In this document: piece by piece, positions 25,054 to 29,257 of the stretch
Layout of the letters: each line of letters starts with the position of its first letter
How positions within the stretch are numbered: position 1 is the first letter of the stretch
Source of the DNA: a virus
Lineage: Duplodnaviria > Caudoviricetes
Reading direction: 5' to 3' (one strand)
DNA: 29,257 nt
IMG/VR virus record: IMGVR_UViG_3300010362_000079
Location: 1-29,257 of that record
Position numbers and translations under genes: made by a program
Notes under the pieces: model-generated
Database searches by the model: none
Told to the model about the DNA's origin: nothing
Seen by the model: only the letters and a program-made list of their open reading frames with translations

Positions 25054-26990
25054 CAGCGACCCCTCTTCTTCGGTGGCGGCTTCTTGGCCGTCTTCTTGCT
25101 GGCTGCCTTCTTCGTGGCCTGGTTGACCGGGGCCTTCCGGGCGAACCGGTCCTTGTCACGCAGCGACTGTGCCTGCAGTCTGGCAGCAACGCCGGCCGAG
25201 CGGTCCTTGTCCTTGATCGCTTGGCCCTGGAGCTTCGCGTTCGCCGCAGCGCTCCGGTCCTTCAGCCGCATGGTCTCCTTGGTCCGCTTGTGGTCGCGAC
25301 CGGCCATGGTGTCCTGCAGCCGCATCTTCTCCTTCTCCCGGCCGTGCTGGGCCTGGGCCACCTTCTCCTGGGCGGCCATCATCTGCATCTGCCGGTCGTG
25401 GTCCTTCTGCGCGTTCGGGTCCTCAGGCGGCGGCTGGTTCTGCATGTCGAACTGGTCCTGCTGCATCTGCAGCTCCTGGGCCTGCATCTCCGGCGTGGGC
25501 TGCTGAGACTGCATCTCGGCCTGCTCCGGGGTGTAGCCCTGCGCGGTCATGTCGGCCTTCTGCTTCAGCCCCAGGATCTCCATCTGGTTCTGGCCGAACT
25601 CCATCGCCTGCTGCTGCTGGAGCTGGGCCCGCTTGAAGTCCACGTCCTCCTCGGTCATCTCCGGCAGGCGGGCGATCTCGCGGATGTACTTCTCCAGCTC
25701 CGGGTCCGGGAACCACTGCATGCCGGCACCGGCGGTCGAGGAGATGAACGCGGCCAGCTGGTCCAGCGCAGGAGGATCCACGTTGGTGGGCTCGAACCGA
25801 GGCAGTTCGTCCAGCTTCCAGCCGTTCACGGCGAACAATCTGGGCACGGCGTAGCGGTTCAGGGTGTCCGCGATCCCCTTCGCGATGGCGTTCAGCGCGG
25901 CTCGGAAGATGCCGGTCTTGTCGGTGTGCAGCGAGTACGAGCCGGTGCTCTCGTGACCGACCAGGATGAAGTCGGCCAGCACGCTCATCAGGATCCGCTG
26001 CTCATAGCGCTGGATGATCGAGTTGGTGTCGAACTGCCTGGTCCCACCACTGCTCATCAGCTCGAAGTCGAACAGCGGCTGCTTGGTGTCCGGGTCGTAC
26101 TGGGTGGGGAGCACCAGCCCCTCGTTCTCATCACGGCGTACGCCGCGCACCATCTTCCGGAAGGCGTCCACGGTCTTGGCCTGCTTGGTGCCCTTCTCCG
26201 CGGTCAGGTAGTCGGCGGGCACCTTGCCCACCGGCATGCCGGCCAGGTCGCGCTCGACACCGATCGCCTCGAACTCCTCCAGGCGCTTCTTGAAGTACCA
26301 CGCGCGGTAGGCGTTGCGGAGCAGGCTGTAGCCCTCCGGGTTGCCCTTGGCGATCGCCGTCCGGAAGAGCAGGCTCTTCTCGATCGGGATCACCGTGGTC
26401 TGGTACTTCGGCGGGGCCATCTGGATCATCGCCTTGACCCCGCCGGACTCGTCGAAGGACCAGCGCAGCAGCGTCTCCTGGGCCCGGATCGGCATCTTCC
26501 GCCAGCCGATCAGCCCGTCATCGTGCTTGCTCCGGCGACGCGGATCCTTCTCCCAGGGACCCAGCCGGCGCTTGTAGACGATCTCGTGCCAGCTCCAGCC
26601 GTAGGGCAGCATCGACAGCACCTCGCCGATGAAGCCGTCCCAGGGCTCGTTCATGTCCTCCATGCAGGACTCCAGGAACTCCTGGGCCTGGACGCTCTCC
26701 GGGGTCTGGTCGGCCGGCAGCACCTTCCACTCGACCTCGCGGATCAGCTTGTCGATGGTGAACAGCAACGCTCCGCACATGGAGTCGTTGGCCGACATCT
26801 CCCGGTAGACCTTGACTGCCTTGCGGCCACGGAGAGCGGGGAGGAACTCCTCATCGACGTAGCCGGAGACGCGCTTGACCCCGGTGACGCCGAGCTCCAT
26901 CATCGGGCCGACGTTCTTCGGGATCACGTCCCCGGCGTTGTCTTCATCCCAGGTGGAGATGTCGCCCTGGGGCAGGCGCACATCAGCCAT
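25053..26990 (-). CDS. Portal protein (DUF935 / Mu gp29-like) with Gln-rich and Lys-rich C-terminal extension, 645 aa
   Basis: YREM...D, YGWSWHEIVYK, GNPEGYSLLRNAYRAWYFKK, GVERDLAGMP, GSYSL motifs; downstream of terminase. Confidence 0.93.
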   Translation of the reverse strand: MADVRLPQGDISTWDEDNAGDVIPKNVGPMMELGVTGVKRVSGYVDEEFLPALRGRKAVKVYREMSANDSMCGALLFTIDKLIREVEWKVLPADQTPESVQAQEFLESCMEDMNEPWDGFIGEVLSMLPYGWSWHEIVYKRRLGPWEKDPRRRSKHDDGLIGWRKMPIRAQETLLRWSFDESGGVKAMIQMAPPKYQTTVIPIEKSLLFRTAIAKGNPEGYSLLRNAYRAWYFKKRLEEFEAIGVERDLAGMPVGKVPADYLTAEKGTKQAKTVDAFRKMVRGVRRDENEGLVLPTQYDPDTKQPLFDFELMSSGGTRQFDTNSIIQRYEQRILMSVLADFILVGHESTGSYSLHTDKTGIFRAALNAIAKGIADTLNRYAVPRLFAVNGWKLDELPRFEPTNVDPPALDQLAAFISSTAGAGMQWFPDPELEKYIREIARLPEMTEEDVDFKRAQLQQQQAMEFGQNQMEILGLKQKADMTAQGYTPEQAEMQSQQPTPEMQAQELQMQQDQFDMQNQPPPEDPNAQKDHDRQMQMMAAQEKVAQAQHGREKEKMRLQDTMAGRDHKRTKETMRLKDRSAAANAKLQGQAIKDKDRSAGVAARLQAQSLRDKDRFARKAPVNQATKKAASKKTAKKPPPKKRGR

Positions 26991-26993
26991 GCA

Positions 26994-27353
26994 TTACCCC
27001 TGACGCTTGTGGCCGTATGCCGCAGCCCCGGCTCCGCCGGCGGTGACCGCGGCGGCACCGCCACCCACGGTGTACTTCCCGGCGGTGGTCAGTCCGCCAC
27101 CGAGGGTGCTCTTGTGACTGATCGGCATGCCATGCACGGTGCCACCACCCTTCATGGTGACCTTCTCCTTCAGGAAGGTGCCGCCCTTGCGCCGGGTCGC
27201 GGTGAGGTGTGCGCCCTTGACCTTCTCGCCGCCCATGGCCTCCGAGAGGAATGCCTTGGCTTGCTTCTTCGGGGCGTGTTCGACGACCCTCGCCCCGAAC
27301 CCGGGGACACCCTTGCTGATCTCACCGTGGTCTACTCCGAACGCGCTGATCAT
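26994..27353 (-). CDS. Basic SAFG-tag family protein with C-terminal Gly/Ala hydrophobic segment, 119 aa
   Basis: N-terminus MISAFGVDHGEISK; ends VGGGAAAVTAGGAGAAAYGHKRQG. Confidence 0.85.
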   Translation of the reverse strand: MISAFGVDHGEISKGVPGFGARVVEHAPKKQAKAFLSEAMGGEKVKGAHLTATRRKGGTFLKEKVTMKGGGTVHGMPISHKSTLGGGLTTAGKYTVGGGAAAVTAGGAGAAAYGHKRQG

Positions 27354-27368
27354 GTCTCCAGTCTCCTG

Positions 27369-28148
27369 TCACTGTCCCGTCATGGCCCGGCCCGGCTTGA
27401 CGCCCTTCCTCCGCATCTGGTCCTGCAGATCGGCGTAGGCCCCGTAGGCCTTCTTCGCCCGGTTCCCCTGGCTCAACCGGTAGTGCGGGCTGTTCGCATC
27501 GATCGCCCGGGCGGTGCCGGCGAGGACACGCTGATTGGTGAGCTTCTTCCGGGAGACCTTCAGCTTCGACTGCTTGTGCTCCTTGGGCGTGAAGAACGGC
27601 TTCTTCGCTCCCTTCTTCTGCGCCTGTCGCACCGCTCGAGCGCCCATCCCGTACGCCGAGCTGTCCACCGGGTGCGTGGAGTAGTGGCCGAAGGAGTTGT
27701 AGTCAGCTCGGGCTTCCTCCCGCATCAGCTTCTCCGGATCCCTCATGATCTGGGCGTGCAGGCGGTAGCTGCTCCGCTTCACGTTCGCGTGCTGGGCCTC
27801 GTGCGCGGTCACGTAGGGGATCGACTTCTTCGATGCCTGGCCACTCACATACGAGCGCCCCTGCTTCGCGGAGCCGAGCCGAATGGTCCCGCCACTCCCC
27901 TGATGTCCCCTCATCATCGGGTTGTGCCTGACTCCCTCCGGGAACCTCGGGGTCCCGACTACTTCCCGGTGCATCCTGGTCGTCGCGAGGAATCTCTTGT
28001 CACCTTCGCTCACTCCTCGGGCAGCCTTGTACTGGCCACCGACTGCCACCTTCCGGGCCTGCTTCGCGCTCAGATCCACCGCCCGGACGAACTTGCCGTT
28101 GACGAACGACTTCGAGATCCCGTGCTCGACACCGAAGGCGGATCGCAT
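27369..28148 (-). CDS. Basic SAFG-tag family protein with HExxH zinc-metallopeptidase-like motif, 259 aa
   Basis: N-terminus MRSAFGVEHGISK; VTAHEAQHA followed ~20 residues later by REEARAD. Confidence 0.8.
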   Translation of the reverse strand: MRSAFGVEHGISKSFVNGKFVRAVDLSAKQARKVAVGGQYKAARGVSEGDKRFLATTRMHREVVGTPRFPEGVRHNPMMRGHQGSGGTIRLGSAKQGRSYVSGQASKKSIPYVTAHEAQHANVKRSSYRLHAQIMRDPEKLMREEARADYNSFGHYSTHPVDSSAYGMGARAVRQAQKKGAKKPFFTPKEHKQSKLKVSRKKLTNQRVLAGTARAIDANSPHYRLSQGNRAKKAYGAYADLQDQMRRKGVKPGRAMTGQ

Positions 28149-28174
28149 GTCTTCAGTGTCCGGGGACTGTCATC

Positions 28175-29257
28175 TCACACCAGCAGGTCGAGCTCGTTCA
28201 CGGTCTCCTTGGACTTGTTCTCCACGCTGCCGACCACCCACTGTCCCGGCTTCCGCTTCGCGTCCTTGTTGTACCGCATCTCGTCCTCGATCCAGGTCGG
28301 GTCGTTGTTCCCGGCCATCACCACCGGAGCAGCCGGGTGCGCCCGCTTGCTGATCTCCCGCCAGACCAGGGCCATCGAGCAGATCTCGTCGGGGAGGTGG
28401 AACTCCTTCCCGCGCGCGTAGATCATCTCCACCGAGGCGTACAGATGGTTCTTGTAGAACACCGGCACCCGGGGCACCTGCCACTTGTCGTTCTCGATCG
28501 AGCTGATGTACTCGCTCAGCATGTTGTCCCGGGCCGCGCCCACCATCAGGAACCCCCGGGCCCGGCGGTCGATGTAGTCGGCTACGACAGCGCCGAGCCC
28601 GGTGGCGTCATGGATCCCCTCGGCGTTGTAGGCCTTCATCAGCTTGTTGAAGTGCCCGATCATCACCGGGTAGGGATGCCGGCGCATCCGCAGCCAGTAG
28701 ACGACCTTGACCGGGAAGTAGGTCACGTCGGCCACGGTGATCACGGTGAAGTCCTGGGCCTGGGCCCAGTCCGCCCCGATCACGTACTCCCGGTCCAGCC
28801 TCGGCTTGTCGAACTGGTACTCGATGTAGTCCCGGCTCAGCTTCTCCTTCACCGGCTCCACCGGCAGCGAGAACATCCGCTCCACCGCCTCGGAGTCGAT
28901 CGCACGGTTGCCGATCGAGGGCTCACCCAGGTCGTACTCCACCCGCCACATCTCGGCCGGGATCTCGCGCTTCTTCTCCTCGATCGTCTGCTGGTCCAGC
29001 CAGCCGTCGATCGGGTTGGAGGTGTCGCGGTAGCACCAGGTGTAGATCGGGTCCTCGCGCTCGAGGAACCGCTGGTAGACGGTGTAGAAGGTCTTGTCCG
29101 GGTACTGCCAGGTCGAGCTCATCGTGGTCTGTGGGCGGATCACCTCGCCCTTCCAGTTCTTCTGCGGCATCGGCTGGCCGAGCGCGGCATCCAGGATCGG
29201 CAGGTCCATCTCGTCGATCTCGTCCAGCAGCAGCTCCGGCGGGTGCGGACCACGCAC
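28175..29257 (-). CDS. terL: Terminase large subunit (5'-truncated)
   Basis: Walker B LLLDEIDE, coupling motif SST, and nuclease motifs IGADWAQAQDFTVI, HDATGLG and HLPDEICSMAL. Confidence 0.93.
   Translation of the reverse strand: MRGPHPPELLLDEIDEMDLPILDAALGQPMPQKNWKGEVIRPQTTMSSTWQYPDKTFYTVYQRFLEREDPIYTWCYRDTSNPIDGWLDQQTIEEKKREIPAEMWRVEYDLGEPSIGNRAIDSEAVERMFSLPVEPVKEKLSRDYIEYQFDKPRLDREYVIGADWAQAQDFTVITVADVTYFPVKVVYWLRMRRHPYPVMIGHFNKLMKAYNAEGIHDATGLGAVVADYIDRRARGFLMVGAARDNMLSEYISSIENDKWQVPRVPVFYKNHLYASVEMIYARGKEFHLPDEICSMALVWREISKRAHPAAPVVMAGNNDPTWIEDEMRYNKDAKRKPGQWVVGSVENKSKETVNELDLLV

Larger units (their letters stand above)
9997..28148 (-). repeat. Dispersed protein-level repeat SAFG[VI][ED]H, 8 copies
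   Basis: Copies at ~28110-28148, 27312-27353, 16223-16255, 13166-13198, 12373-12420, 12030-12080, 11144-11182 and 9997-10038. Codons differ synonymously; Ser is TCC, AGC, TCG or AGT. Confidence 0.92.

Noticed and set aside
9997-28148. SAFG copies as DNA repeats (CRISPR, att or integron-like sites, operators)
   Set aside because: Nucleotide sequences differ at wobble positions and between serine codon families, spacing is irregular and all copies are in frame, so conservation is at protein level.
21985-28421. Very long plus-strand ORFs (21985..25506, 1173 aa; 25221..28421, 1066 aa) and many shorter ones
   Set aside because: They are antisense shadows of GC3-rich minus-strand genes, with L/V/G/R-rich translations and no motifs. 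The minus strand is already fully tiled by coupled genes.
1-29257. tRNA, rRNA, CRISPR array, integrase or transposase
   Set aside because: No intergenic gap is long enough for an RNA gene or array, and no such protein motifs were seen.

Overview
The window is a continuous minus-strand virion morphogenesis operon of a high-GC siphovirus, most likely an actinobacteriophage or its prophage. In transcription order (right to left) it encodes terminase large subunit (5'-truncated), portal, a 1287-aa head-region protein, a MuF-type minor head protein with a long extension, an XkdF/S78-type prohead protease, scaffold, capsid cement, major capsid, head-tail connectors, tail tube, -1 frameshifted tail chaperones, a 2091-aa tape measure with M23 and lytic-transglycosylase domains, and minor tail genes. 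Three things stand out. (1) Eight unrelated basic, Gly/Ala-rich proteins interleaved among the core genes share the peptide tag SAFG[VI][ED]H, usually followed by a hydrophobic-x-Lys site. The same Lys site recurs through the scaffold, the protease N-terminal extension and a 4-module polyprotein. I infer a capsid-targeting and protease-processing system that loads membrane-active or enzymatic cargo into the head. (2) The prohead protease appears split over two genes, with the polyprotein gene between them. (3) A 500-bp intron-less LAGLIDADG cassette has entered the capsid gene, supplying a synonymously recoded 3' end and leaving the original 21 codons stranded downstream. All family calls come from motif recognition and gene order, with no database search.
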